A DNA stretch of 61,530 bases, filler included, from Nemertoderma westbladi (Eukaryota; Animalia; Xenacoelomorpha), in assembly GCA_032718475.1 (NCBI GenBank). It is 3 parts of 3 records of this genome, joined end to end, with 100 filler letters (N's around TTAATTAATTAA, not from the genome) between each part and the next. Parts side by side here need not be neighbours in the genome. Positions count along the whole stretch, not along the records: positions 1 to 27,054 come from JAUCBJ010006335.1; positions 27,155 to 42,776 come from JAUCBJ010002657.1; 1 more part is not named here. One strand, 5' to 3'. Below, in pieces: positions 23,885-36,931 of this stretch (position 1 is its first letter; each line of letters opens with the position of its first letter). The notes under the pieces were generated by a model. The model saw nothing but the letters and a program-made list of their open reading frames with translations. It did not search any database and was not told the origin of the DNA. Position numbers and translations under genes: made by a program.

Positions 23885-24236
23885 CTGTGCTGACTTTAAC
23901 CGCAAGGTGGCGCTCTCTGTAACCTCATCAATATTCAACCGTGAATCCGATCCAGTTCTTTCACCTCCTCTAGATGGCGCTGCTTGCATTCCTGCAGATC
24001 AACTCGATGCTGATTGGCTAACTGATCGATATCCGATCTGTGGACTGCCTCCGCCGCCCTGCGGTCGCTAACGGAATCGGATAGTTGGGTTCTTAGGGAA
24101 TCGGAGCGTGCCATCGCGTCCGATAGATGGGCACGGAGCTGGGGCGTGGAGAACGCCCCCAGCGGGCCGGTTAGTACTGCACCGCGGTCGCTAAGGAAAC
24201 GGTGGCGATGGAGAGACGGCGCAACTCGATGTGTAA
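23885..24236 (-). CDS. MTUS1/2-like: MTUS-like gene, upstream exon with two apparent 1-nt deletions
   Basis: ttttctaccgttAG acceptor and CAG|GTGAGT donor. Adding one base near 24173 and one near 23941 gives 118 codons: LHIELRRLSIATVSLATAVQYLTGPLGAFSTPQLRAHL...AVHRSDIDQLANQHRVDLQECKQRHLEEVKELDRIHRLNIDEVTESATLRLKSAQ. Confidence 0.6.
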
Positions 24237-25734
24237 CTAACGGTAGAAAATATATAGAAAATCCTTTATTTGAAAATTAATTTAAAAAGTTAAACTTTAC
24301 AAGACATAATTAGTCTGAAAAAAGTTTCCGATATGGGTTTTAATTAACAGACAGTTAAAAAAAATAAACCAGTTGTTTAAAAACGTTTCCTAGAATAAAA
24401 AACAGCAGTTCGTAAACCACACTCGAATTTTCGTCCCAACACAACTGATGATTACAAACAGATGGTGAATAAACAGCTGATCACTCAATAATGCATTGTT
24501 AGTTCCTTGTATATTATCTATAAATTTGCTGGTTAATTAAATCTGTTAATTAAAAATTATAATAAACCATGTAAAATAAATACTGTAATAGAATTATTTA
24601 TATTACTACAATTTTATTCGATGCCTTACTCAACACCTGCAACACTCAGAAACAAAAACAAATTCAACTGTAAAACAGCTTGACTAATGAATAAATCGAG
24701 AACCTGGAATGTAATTTGTTATAAATCCTGGTTTAAGAACCGCACGGGAAGTGCGACTGCATTGCCGTCGTGCTGTAAAGGATTAGATTAGCTGAGTCAG
24801 ACATAGTGATGCATCAGATGGAGCCAGCTGGTAGAGATAGATAATAGGATTTATATAAAGTGAGGCGGGGGAACAATTCAGGGATGGGATGTGGGGGATT
24901 GAGGGTGGGGGTGGAGGGTGAGGCGCCTTACATTGTGTTCCTACAGGACCAGGTTTGGACACGGCTGTGGGGCGAGCCACGAAGTCTGCGAACTTTGCGT
25001 AGGGTTCCGATATTCCAACGGTGCATTTGAAAGTTGTAGACTTTGTGTATCGTTGTATATATATTCAACATAAACTACATAATTTTGCAGATAGGGGGGA
25101 AACTGGTCGCAATAAAAGTTCATCCCTCTCCGGGGGGAAATTCTACGCAAATAACAGCTGATTACTCCCAAAAATAAAACTGTAACCTGATCTATTGTGT
25201 TTAGTTTATTGTTTTGGTTAAAATAACGTGTCACTGTAACCTGCTCCTTTCCCTAAATTGAGAATTTAACATTGAGGCGGGATATTAATTCGCCAAGGCG
25301 GGTTTTGCGTCGAGTCCCCCCCCCCGTCTCTAATTTTGTTACATTACGTCAACTTATCAGCGTTCTGTTGAATTACTCATAAAGCTGCAAAGTAGCTGTT
25401 TTATTTATTGGTTTGTTTTGTACCAAATCGCCAGTGCGACATATTTTCCAGCTTTATATCGCAGTGCGACATTATTTCTCAGTATGTCCCTACGCCATAC
25501 ATTTCCTATGTATTTCCAGTATATTCAGTATGTCACCGCGTCATTATTAGGTTATTCTGGAAAGTTTAAGTGCAAAACTACTAATAATTCCCCAAAAATA
25601 AATAACATTACATTCGCCATTGTTCATAATTAGCACTTTAAAGCTTTTACGGTCCTTGTTTCGTTATTTAAACAACTTCACTCGTGCCGTAACGCTATAA
25701 ATAACAGTAACTACAATTAATTGCATAAAAAATG

Positions 25735-26333
25735 ATAATGAATGTTGTTCTAGAACTGGTTACGAAATATAAATATTTGTGTCATTATATTAGTTATACG
25801 ATAGTGACATCCGTAACCAAATTAGATGTTTTTATGCTCGTGCTAATATACTTCTTACAAATTTTAGCAAGTGCAGTAAACAAGTTAAATAGTACCTATC
25901 AGTTATTGCAGCACCATTTAATTGTAACTCACTAACTCCCCCTGGCAGGTTTTGTAACACAACACTTGATCGCCTTACAGTGGCATACAATAACACTTAA
26001 CGTCGTCTATTCGGATTTAAGTATGACTGTAGTAGCGCTAGCACTATGCTAGTTAACTTAGGACTCAAATGTTTTCCCCATATTAGACAATTTTCCTTTA
26101 TTAGCCTGTTCCGCAGAATTGACATGTCTAAGAATTATATTCTATTTAAGTATCCGACATCTCAGATATGCTTTTTGCGATGTAAATTACACACTAGTAA
26201 CGAATTGTAAAATAATTTTTGTGCTATATTGATATGTAATATACCGGTATATATATTTTATTTTGTTTAAATATTTATTTTATTTATAAAATGATGTTTA
26301 TTTCAAAATAAAAGATAATAATAATAATAATAA
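25735..26333 (+). mobile_element. Degenerate CR1/L2-group LINE 3' fragment
   Basis: Remnant VTKYKYL(C)H...RNQIRCFYARANILL..FSKCSKQVK across frames, ending in AATAAA and an (AAT)n tail. Confidence 0.65.
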
Positions 26334-26867
26334 TTAATTCAGAACGTCGAGAAGTTGACATAAATATAAATAATAATTATTTTTAAGGCGAAGGTTCATT
26401 TGTTTGTTTTAATAACAATAACATGAGTATAATTCTAGAACATATAATGTTTAAAAAATTGTTTCACCATCACCTATTTCAAAAGTAAAAATATATAATT
26501 ATGTGGGGCTTTCGTGCAAACCGGTTACCTATATAAATAACTCACACATTTATTCTCTGCAGCCACTTTCCTCGTCCACCCATTGGCTGATTCCGAGGCA
26601 GCTGACACCGCATTGGTCCGCCTCGAACCAAGAGATGACTTGCTCCGTTCTTGTTTGCCTATATTTAAAAAACAATAAATCATATTATTGCGGGTCGTCT
26701 AATAACTGTGTAATAACAATTAATAATAAAAATAAATAGGGGTCAAGTGGACCAGTCTGTCATGTGCAATTTCATTAAATAAATTAATTGTAGTTGAGCT
26801 GTTAATGCAACTTTAATGAATGATATTGTAATAAGTTGTTCAGAAATGGAAAAAAATGAGAAAGCGC

Positions 26868-26957
26868 GTCACCAGGGGTTGAACCAGCGCTATACGTACG
26901 TTTCCGCCTACCAGGCCTCTTCAGTAGCGCTAACAGGTTCAGCCACTCTGCCATGAC
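26868..26957 (-). repeat. tRNA-derived SINE-like head
   Basis: A box TGGCAGAGTGG and B-box-like GGTTCAACCCC on the minus strand. No clean cloverleaf. Confidence 0.45.
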
Positions 26958-27054
26958 ATTCACCTTTATATTTATTCAACTTCTACTGAACAGGCATCCC
27001 GCAGTCTTTAGTTGCATATCCTATCTATAACGCGAGGGTTCAACCCCCGGTGAC

Positions 27055-27154
27055 NNNNNNNNNNNNNNNNNNNNNNNNNNNNNNNNNNNNNNNNNNNNTT
27101 AATTAATTAANNNNNNNNNNNNNNNNNNNNNNNNNNNNNNNNNNNNNNNNNNNN
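27055..27154. other. Artificial contig linker
   Basis: 44 N + TTAATTAATTAA (stops in all six frames) + 44 N. Confidence 0.97.
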
Positions 27155-30100
27155 TCTATCATTGTGCTAGAGAAACGATCCCTTAAGCGCATCTGTGGAT
27201 TTCTCAACAACAGGAAATACTTATCGGAATCTTCATAGCATTGTAAGAGTCTCAGCATCTGTTTGTTGGTTTCTTCATGCTCCTGATAACTGATCTTCTC
27301 CTTCAGAAACCTGTCGGGTATCTTATATTTGGGAAGATCTTTAACAACATGGACCTGCACCGATGTTATTGGAGCGGTATCACTTTTGGTCTTCATCCCG
27401 GAGTAGTGATGGTGAAAACATCTCTTTAAATATGTAACGGCCTTACAGAGCCGATTCCAGGAACTGTAGTGATGTATCGCTCTCTGCAGAAGAGGTGAGA
27501 GTCCTTGCGAGACGTCTGGTATTCCAGATTTCCAATCCTTCTCACGGATTTCCACTACAGACTTATTTGTGGCTGTGGGTTTCTGATCCAAGGCGTCGTC
27601 TCCGGAAGTATATAGCACAGACAGATCTACCATAGGTTTGAATAACTTCGATTTACTCGCCCGAGTTTTAGGTTTGACTTTCTCCGCTCCCTTGGCCTGT
27701 CTAATCTCTGTGGTAGTAAGATGAGGAGGCCATTCTTCTTCTTCTTTGTAGAGGAAGTCGGGTCCACCTAGCCAGTCTGGAGTATCTACCAGTTCTTGTG
27801 GAGTTGCTCCCCTGGAAGCGATGTCTGCTGGATTAATCGTTCCGGGGCAATGTCTCCATTGATCCATCGTTGTGCGACTGAGTATTATGGCTACTCTGTT
27901 GGTAACGAAGACGCTGAACTGACAGACTTCATTGGTTATATACTCCAACACGAGTAAAGCGTCGGTCCAATAGACAGTTTTCTCCAGTGGATAGTCGATC
28001 TGTTCTGTTACATTCCGGCCGATGGCTGTAGCGTATAGAGCCGCTTTTAACTCCGCTCGAGGAACTTTCAACTTATTGTTTATTAATGCCTTAGAGGTAA
28101 CCAAGGCGACTTTGATTCCGTCCGGAGTTTCCACCCTTAGGTAGGCTACTATACCTATTCCCATATCGCTGGCGTCTCCAAACACATGGAGTTGATAGGA
28201 ATACGTAGGGAGAACATGACCAAAATATGAACGGGAAATTATAAAGTTTTCGATGGCTGGTAGGGAATCTTCCCATTTCATCCACTTCTTTAATAATTCT
28301 CCCTTAAGTGGATCGTCCCATGAGTGGTTTTCAAGCCACATTTGTTGTACTAAACTCCGAGCAATCAATATAACTGGGCTAATAAATCCCAATGGATCGA
28401 AATAAGTGCTCAGGATACTTAAACAAATCCGTTTAGTCCGAACTGGATTATCTCGCTGTTTTAGTTGGAAAAACAGGATATCTCTTTCTGTGTCCCATTT
28501 CAAACCAAGGGTCTTAGTTTCTGGGAGATCATCTTTTATTAGATCCAGGTCTTTCGCTCCTCGATCTTCTACCGGGATCGACTCCAGAAACTCACGGGAG
28601 TTGCTGGTGAATTTAGTTAATCGAAATCCACCTCTTTTTAAGCACTCTACCGTTCCTTTAGCGACGTCAATGGCTTCTTCGACTGATGGAAGGGACTTTA
28701 GATTGTCGTCCATGTATATATCCCGCTTGATGTTGTCAATCACCTCTTTAGAGAAGGCGTCTCTGTTGTCATCCGCAGTGGTGCGCACCACTGAACAGGC
28801 GTTTGAAGGGCTTGAGATTATCCCAAAAGCCTGGATGGTCATCCAGTACTCCACTGGTTTCTGGTTGAGGTCTCCTTCAGGCCACCACAGAAATCGTAGG
28901 CTATCTCGATCCCTATCCAGCGCCTTGACTTGTAAGAACATGCCTTCTATGTCTGAGGCGAAAGCGATTGAATATTGTCTTAATCTTAAGAGTATTCCCA
29001 ACAAGGATTGGAGTAAGTTGGGTCCGGGTAACAATTCAGAATTAAGGGATTGGCCCATATAGAGGGCGGAGCTGTCAAACACCACTCGTACCTCATGGGG
29101 TTTACCGGGTTTGGGAACATAATGGTGAGTTAAATAATACGTTCTCTCAGTTATAGGTGTTTCTTCCGGTACTAGCTCCGCATATCCCTTGCTAATAAAT
29201 TTCTTCAACTGCGTTTGATACATTTCTTTAGCTGAAGAATTTGCCGTAAGGCGTCGATGTAGTTGAGCAATTCTTTTCTCCGCCAAGGGTCTGTTGTTTA
29301 CGAACTTTGGTTTTCGCTTTCGGAAAGGTAGACCGATCTCATATCTACCTTGATCTTTAAGAAAACGTGTAGTTGTCTCTTGGATCTGCTTGGCTCTTTC
29401 TTCCTCTACCGATAGGGCCTTATCGTAGGAATTGGGCTCTACAGCCTCTTGAGTAAAGAATCGTACAGTGTGTTCATCCCGAGTCTTGGCATTATAACGT
29501 TCAATGATGTCATTAAGCTCGTCGTTATAGTCGTCTCGCTCTGATGGAAGAAGGAGTTGACATAAGTTCACTTGGTTTTGCCAAGTCTCGTTTTCCTTAA
29601 GGAGATCGATGGTATTCTCCTCATCGAAAAGTTGGTGGACATCGTCATTATCTGAGGAGTATGGTGTTCCCTCAGTTGGATCGTCTAACTCACTGCTCTC
29701 AACTTCCCATTCTCTTACCTGATATACCTGATCTTTCGGTAATCTTTCCATGAGAGTTCTACGGGAAGGGCCAGTAAAGTACCAACCCACTCTAGTTCTT
29801 CCCGCATAAGCTTGTAGTGGTTGCGGTTGAGCAGGCCGTTTCTCTAATGTCTCGAGCGCTTCATGCGCGTTTTGACCGATGAGTATTTGCACTCCAGGGT
29901 AATCGGTGTTGAATCTAGGTATTTCCAGCTGCTGGGTGAAATCGTCCTCATCCCAGTTATAAGGTTCCACTTGGGTGGTAGCGAAGTTCTTTATCGCCAC
30001 CATTTTTACTGACCTTATACTATGTTCTCCTAGTTCATCCTGGGGGGTGGACAACGCACCTACATAATAATCCGCTATTACTGTAGATTTCCAAACCTGC

Positions 30101-30519
30101 ATAATTCCTGACATGTTTAGCTTAGTTCGGAACTTGGGTTGTCCAGCAAAGATGTCTTCGGCTAGTTCTTTGTCGATGAATGTTCCTGTACTACCGGAGT
30201 CAAGGAGGGCGTTCACTACATAACTCCTTTTAGGTCCGTGGACCCTTACCTGTACTACAGGAAATTCTCGGATTCCTACATTGGAAGGTGGCGCTTTCCA
30301 AGATGGTTGTCGATCAGAAGTAGTTAGGGTGAGGTCGCTGTCTGTGTCTTTCTCATACGTAAGTGCTCGATACACTGCGGTATTTATCATGTAACAGGAT
30401 TCACCTTCGTCGGAGAATTCATATGTATAGAATCCTTCCATCTCAGAACTTTGGTCAGTGTCGTTCACATCACTGAATTGGACATGTAGTTCGGAATCAC
30501 TTACCTGACTCTGGCTGTT
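27155..30519 (-). CDS. BEL/Pao LTR retrotransposon pol (protease-RT-RNase H), cut by the gap before the integrase
   Basis: ALLDSGS protease. Pao RT signatures RVVFDSS, LLPGPNLLQSL, DIEGMFLQV, YMDD. LHVFGDAS, VPRAELKAA, YWTD and WRHCPGTINPADIASRG. Confidence 0.95.
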
Positions 30520-31838
30520 TCACTCAAATTCAGTGTATAACAAGATATGATGTTTTGCACCGCACTTTGCACACCTTGTGTCGGAGTAACAGGTTCGCCG
30601 TTGGTGTCCTTGTCTGAGGCAATTATAACACAACCGCTTATCCCACATGACTTCCCGTCTCTCCGTTAATGATTTCTTCAGGAATTCATCACACATATTC
30701 AAACGGTGGGTCCCGTCACATAGCGCATATTTCGGTTTGATGTTACTTACCTTATTTTGAATAACATTGTGCACATTCGTTCTTTCTTCGGGCTTTCTCA
30801 CCTGAATTCTCTTAGGAGACGTAGGAGGAGTTTTTCTTACCTGTTCTCTCCTGTCATTGTTTCGAGACTTGAATTTACTTACCTGTTCTTTAGGCATTTT
30901 ATTGACATAATAAGATCTTTCAGTGTCTTTCCCGCTATCTTCTCCTTGAGAAGTCTGGCTTTCGCCGTCGTCTGTATAACACACAGGTGTTACCTTTCTC
31001 CTAGAAACGGGTTTCTCACTTACCTTGTTTTCCGGTGTCTTCTCTCTGGACTGTTTTAGGAGCTGTAATTTCACTTCTCCATCTAAGAATGACATGAGAT
31101 CAGCCATGGTAGGGTCTCGTCGTTGTTGTTCCATCATATATAACACTTTCTTATCCCAGCGTGTACCTACTCCACCCTTCGGTAAAGTAGAAGCCACGGC
31201 TCCAATAACCATAGAACTCTGATATTCATGAGATTTACCTAACCAATCTAATTGTCTACAGATCTCTTGAATCTCATCGGAAAACTCTATTATCCCGCTG
31301 CTGATGAACTTTCGGGGCGCTACTAATTTTGCATACAAATATTTAGCTATGTTATTCCTATTACCATACCTGATGTTTAGTGTATCCCAAACTTGTCTTA
31401 ATCCGTCTGGATGTCCAATAAACTTTAACGCCATTAACTTGGGAGATCCTTCCAAGCACTCGATGAGGAATCTAAGTTTCTCTCCATTAGATAGTACAGA
31501 GTTCTGTATGTTATCTTTATAATATTCATTAAAAGGTAACCATTTCATCTCATCTCCATTGAACTTGACTATCTCTCCCACCTTTACCGCTTGACGGGCT
31601 TCAGTTCTAGCCATTTGACGCGTAAACTTTCTTGGGCCATCGTGTTATTTAATATCGAGTTATCGGTATATAAATTTCTCGGATTATGATCAGGTCTATA
31701 GGGAATATCATTATCAACAGGTCTATAATTACCCTTAATAGGGTTCACTATAGGAGTTTCTACTTCGCTAGCAGTATATATGCGTGTAGGCTCCACACCT
31801 TGCGCATGAAATACTTCAGACCTAACAGGTTGACACAT
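30520..31838 (-). pseudogene. BEL/Pao gag (5'-truncated, one frameshift near 31620)
   Basis: FNGDEMKWLPF...EKLRFLIECLEG...LNIRYG (DUF1759-type region) and the Pao Cys/His cluster LCYNCLRQGHQRRTC..CAKCGAKHHILL. Confidence 0.9.
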
Positions 31839-31862
31839 TGTTACCGGGGTTGGTGGTATACC

Positions 31863-33732
31863 TGTTAAACAAACTACCCCGGCCTAACCAATAAAGACAC
31901 AAAACTGCTCTATTTATTAGACAGGGCAATCAGGAGCGTATTATTGCTAATGTGAGGGGCTGCTAAATACAAAACCACTACTTACCGTTAGATGGCGCTA
32001 ACCTGCCGTCCGCTAATATGTTTTACTAATTTTCTACGGCTCCTGCTAATTTCTTGTTCCTTTCTCTACCAATTACTCGATAGAGAGCTAACTGTTCGAA
32101 TATATGAGCCACGCGGGAATAACCAAAACAACAAACCCGAATCGGCTCCCTAAGCTGACTTAAAACGAGTGTGAGAGGTTTTACACTCAGAGTATATTCT
32201 TACGCCTAATCTTACTGTTAAAGTACGCCAATGCCTACGTCTTTTCTAATCGCGAATACTGGGGGTTCCCTAACGGAATGTGTGAATGCGAGAATATTTA
32301 AAATAATCAAAGTGGTACAGTGTTTATTAGGGCTAATACCTATAGTGGGACTAAACTTGTCTGCGGCTGGCTTTAGGCCAGCAAATTACTAATGCGTTTT
32401 GCGTACTGAATACTGCTATCTAGCTTATTGCCCGCTAATTCAAATAACCGCTCAGCGTGAATAGTTTACGGTACTCTAATTATTACCTTAGCTACTCTCC
32501 GCTATGCTGCGTACTAATTCTTAATTTTACTAATTAATTACAGTCACAAATATGTAACAGCCTAAAATACTGTATTACTTTGACCTAATCAGTAATTATT
32601 TACAGTAAACAAAGAGATAGAAATCAATCAAAGGGAAAAGAGCGCCTATCTAAGCATTCGTAATCTTAGGCACACTTTAGTAACACACCAATCAGCGTCA
32701 GCAATCACAGCTCGCAATGCGCGATTCACAATTGTACGATCCGCAATGCACGCAATTCGCAATTACACAGCACAATATAATAATTCGCAATACATGCAAT
32801 TCGCAATTGTAAAGCACGCAGACCTCTCCCGGGTACATCTAGGCTTCCTAACTAACCCAATTCCTGCCCCCTAACGCTACAAATTGAGACAAAATCTGGA
32901 TCATCAGCCCCCTAATTACTGTACCAGCGAGCTGCCCCCACGCTACAATGCAAATTGCCCGACCGCAACGGTGACCCCCCGCCAGCGTTGCTCGCCTTTG
33001 AATCCTCCGCTCTCCCTTAGTCGCCCAACCCCCCGATGTGCCCACCGCCCACTGGCACCTTAGCCCTCCATTATGCTAATAGCTACCGTAGCGGCGCACG
33101 CAAATCACAAAGTCTGACAGTCTCAGAAATCCCTTAGGATTATTGCGTAGAAAGGAATCACATAGAACCATTAACAAAGGGTAGAAATCATAGTTCCAGT
33201 TGTAATTAGCAGTAATCGATGGGATTAATTGAGAAACACAATCAAGAATAATCGCACTAGCAAATCATTTTGAGCAATTAATCGAAAATAGCAAATTGCA
33301 GAAATACGCTAAAATATCCGTCAAAAGTGAATAGAGACAGCTCAACAAGTACAAGGTGTGGATTGTAAGGTATAGAATACAGCTCTACCGGCAAACCGCA
33401 AATTTATAGGTGATCCGGATGGGGTGATGCAATAGGGTGACTCAATCGCTCTCCTATTGGCTCTCCAGTCCGCGCTAGCATTAGACCAAGCTGGAAGCAG
33501 TTAGTCCAATAAGGAGGCCGGATTGTAGCCCTATTGCTGCCCAAACCTCAAATTATTACCATATATGGTAATGGATCATGTCCCTGGCTGCTGAATGGCC
33601 AGGACAGCGTCCCTATATGCTAGCCCTATTGAAGCTAATATCAGCAAGCACGAAATCCAGGGTCCGACTAAACTTGATACCCTGGAACTATCTACATATA
33701 TCCTAATACAAAATTACGTAGGTAGGGCTACA
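31863..33732 (-). repeat. Probable long 5' LTR or leader of the BEL/Pao element
   Basis: Minus strand starts TGTAGCCCTAC at 33732, has TATA-like CCTATAAAT near 33405 and AATAAA near 31915, and ends GTTTAACA at 31863. There is no partner LTR or PBS to confirm it. Confidence 0.4.
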
Positions 33733-34384
33733 TATTATACAAAATGGATGGATTCAAATATATGGGCGTTTTGGTTTCCCTATCTAAATATCACCTCGCT
33801 ATTATATCTTATCTAAAATATTATGCTGCACAACGGACTAATATTACATACAGTATAACGGACTAATATTGCGTACAGTATAACGGACTAATATATGTGG
33901 ATACAGCGCCATATACCGTAACACCGCTCCAAGGGAAATCATATAATGTTTCCCTCCAACTGTAGAAGAGTATAAGGTGATGTATACAAAACAAATAAAT
34001 TTCCTTCAAATAATCTAAATACTTGATACTATAAATCCTACTATTTACAAATATTGCTATAGATATTGCATAATGAATTGCATACAAATTAAATTTACAA
34101 ATATTATCTCTCTTACTGTTTAACGATTATTACATACAAATTAAATTTACAAAATATTGTTTCTCGTTCGTTCTACATATAATGATTACTACATACAAAA
34201 TTAAATTTACAAAATATTACTTCCTTTATTTATTTACAAATTGACGGTCTACATATTGAAATGGAACATGGCTAGGACAATGTCCCCCATTTCCCATCTC
34301 AAATTAACGATCAACATTAACAAGATAAACTAAATATAAACGTATTTGAGGCTAAATTTTTAACTAAATTGCATTAAAGGCCGC

Positions 34385-34695
34385 AAGGTTATGCAAAAAA
34401 AGTATTGTTTACAAGGTTATGCAAAAAAGTGTTGTTTACAAGGTTATGCAAAAAAAGTGTTGTTTAAGGTTATGCAATAAAACTATTTTTTTACAAGGTT
34501 ATGCAAAAAAAGTGTTGTTTACAAGGTTATGCAAAAAAGTGTTGTTTACAAGGTTATGCAAAAAAGTGTTGTTTACAAGGTTATGCAAAAAAGTGTTGTT
34601 TACAAGGTTATGCAAAAAAAGTGTTGTTTAAGGTTATGCAAAAAATTGTTGTTTACAAGGTTATGCAAAAAAGTGTTGTTTATTAAGGTTATGCT
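34385..34695. repeat. ~27-28-bp minisatellite, ~11 units
   Basis: Unit ACAAGGTTATGCAAAAAA(A)GTGTTGTTT. Confidence 0.92.
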
Positions 34696-35937
34696 GGTTT
34701 TGAATCAATGACTTGTTTCCTGCAGTAAGTAGGCTTACTTCCGATTAATACAGATTAGGTTAAAGTGGCAATGTCAGTTTGTCCACAGTTAGAAAGGCCT
34801 GGTCTCTCTGACCATTCAATTCTCAAACATTTTTATGGTGAAACACATGTGCAAGGTACAGTACATCAATAATACATTTAAGTGCAAGAGTACATTCATT
34901 CATTCATTCAGTTTTATTTAATTCGGTTAATGCCGATATAATAAAAAAAAAAAAAAATTATAATACATGTTCTTTTATGCTATAAAGCTAATAAAATTAA
35001 TACATAATTAGGTATTACTACAATTAATATTATTGTTCTATTGTGATTTAATTTTACATTGAATGTTATTTTATATCCGTATTTAATATCCTGCGACAGT
35101 CAAGATGTGAACCTCTAAAAATTTGATAATAACTGTGCGAAATAGTTACACAACAATATAGAAATACCTAATTTACAATATATATCTGCAATTAGAATAC
35201 AAGAACCTACAGCGCTAAAATGCCACTCACCAACAAATCAAAATAAAATAAATCAATACTAAGTACAATGAAATTATATTAAATAGAATGTTTCTTGAGA
35301 TTATTAATTATTATAAATATTGCTTAAATTACAAAATTTATTTTACCGTATGATATTCGGATAATACATGCCAAAGCGCCCATCCACGGTGAAATAGGCC
35401 ACCGACCGCAGACCAAACAAACTCTTTTCATTTTGATTAATTGATATTATATAAACATTAATCGACATTTTAATCTGTATTAATCAGTTGTCATGAAGTC
35501 AATGATTGTGACTTGACATTTTTCATTGATATCACCATGTGTGATCTTAATATAAGGCCTTGAGAGGTGCTACAATAATAAATAAAAATATTGCTACGCC
35601 ATGACGTGATTATGAAAGGCGGCAAAGGCAAAGTATTGTAAGTGAAATCCAAATAACGCCCCTATAGAAGTGCAACCGTGGATATAATTATTTGATCCCA
35701 AGATTATTGATAAAATTATATAAAGCTAGGCGTGCAGCACGCAGGTAAGTTTAATAATTCAAATTAAATCCATTCAGAAATAAATGAAACGATATCCGAC
35801 TGTTGAAGGGTTGAAGCATGCGGAAATATCAATAAATAACGCCAATATAATGTAGTAGGTGGTAAACTGGTCAAAGGATCCGTAGTTCTTACTGCATGCG
35901 AGAACATTGAATATGAATACAAATAACAAGATCACGT

Positions 35938-36931
35938 TCATCCGAAAAGCGTTGTAAAAAATCGTACACAGAGTTCTACTTCGGTCCATTTGAAATCCCA
36001 GTAAACTCTCCAATGTCTCTCAGTTAAAACGTTAGCTAAAGCGTAACCGTAGTATTGACCAGAATAGAAATTAACTGTGGCTAACGTATAAGTAGTCGCC
36101 AACACGAATGCCAGTGGTAGAAATACATGAAAAGTAATTTGCCATTGCAGGGCATCAACTTTGTTTTGCGGAAGACAACATACACAACTTCTCCTGGTTA
36201 CAAACATAGTCAACTCATAAACCCCGCGGTATATAGCAGGGATCCAAATATATATCACTGCACCGGGAATTAAATATATTATAAACATCGGCAAGTAGAA
36301 TACAATGAATACAATAGATGATACGGAAAACCAAACCCATTTCAATTTAGGGGTCTCGTTTAGGGGTCTCATGGTAATACGTTTGTTTGAGATCATTAAC
36401 GTCCGCATCGTCGGATAGCTTCGGTTCCCCGCTTGGTTTACTGCCTTGTCCAATTATAAATGAGTAGAAATTGATAACAACTGTTCTACCATTTGAACTG
36501 ACCAATAGAATCGCGGAAAAGCATTGCCAATGAGAGAATGAACTATTATCGATATCATTTGGTACAACCCCAACTTTGGTTTGAAATTTGTGAAATTTGA
36601 TCATGTCTAAAACTGTAAGTGCGATTATGGATGTAATTTGCAGACAAATGATCAATTTAAGAGGAATCTGAAAACATGTCGATTGGTAAATACTTTTTGA
36701 CCATGTAACTAATTTGTTCCATCTTGATGTTTTATGCAAACTATCGTTGGAGTTCATAAGTTTTCTTTCTTCAACATCATCTGCAATCGACTCTCCTTTA
36801 TAACTGATGATGCTAGCCAATAATCCCTGAATCACTGTGCCAAGAATCATTAACTCTATCGGTGTGCTATCTCGCGTGGAGATGCACTGAACAGAGATGT
36901 ACCATGAGCCTTTCCCTCCTGTTCCATTCAT
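35938..36931 (-). pseudogene. Intronless multi-pass membrane protein of unknown family (~326 aa), frameshifted by a 13-bp duplication
   Basis: ORFs 36347-36934 and 35938-36453 join in frame if one copy of GAGACCCCTAAA(C) (36346-36370) is removed. There are five to six hydrophobic segments. Confidence 0.7.

Noticed and set aside
27099-27110. TTAATTAATTAA palindrome within the N runs (also 42821-42832)
   Set aside because: It is a synthetic six-frame-stop linker. The stop of ORF 27103-30468 is artificial.
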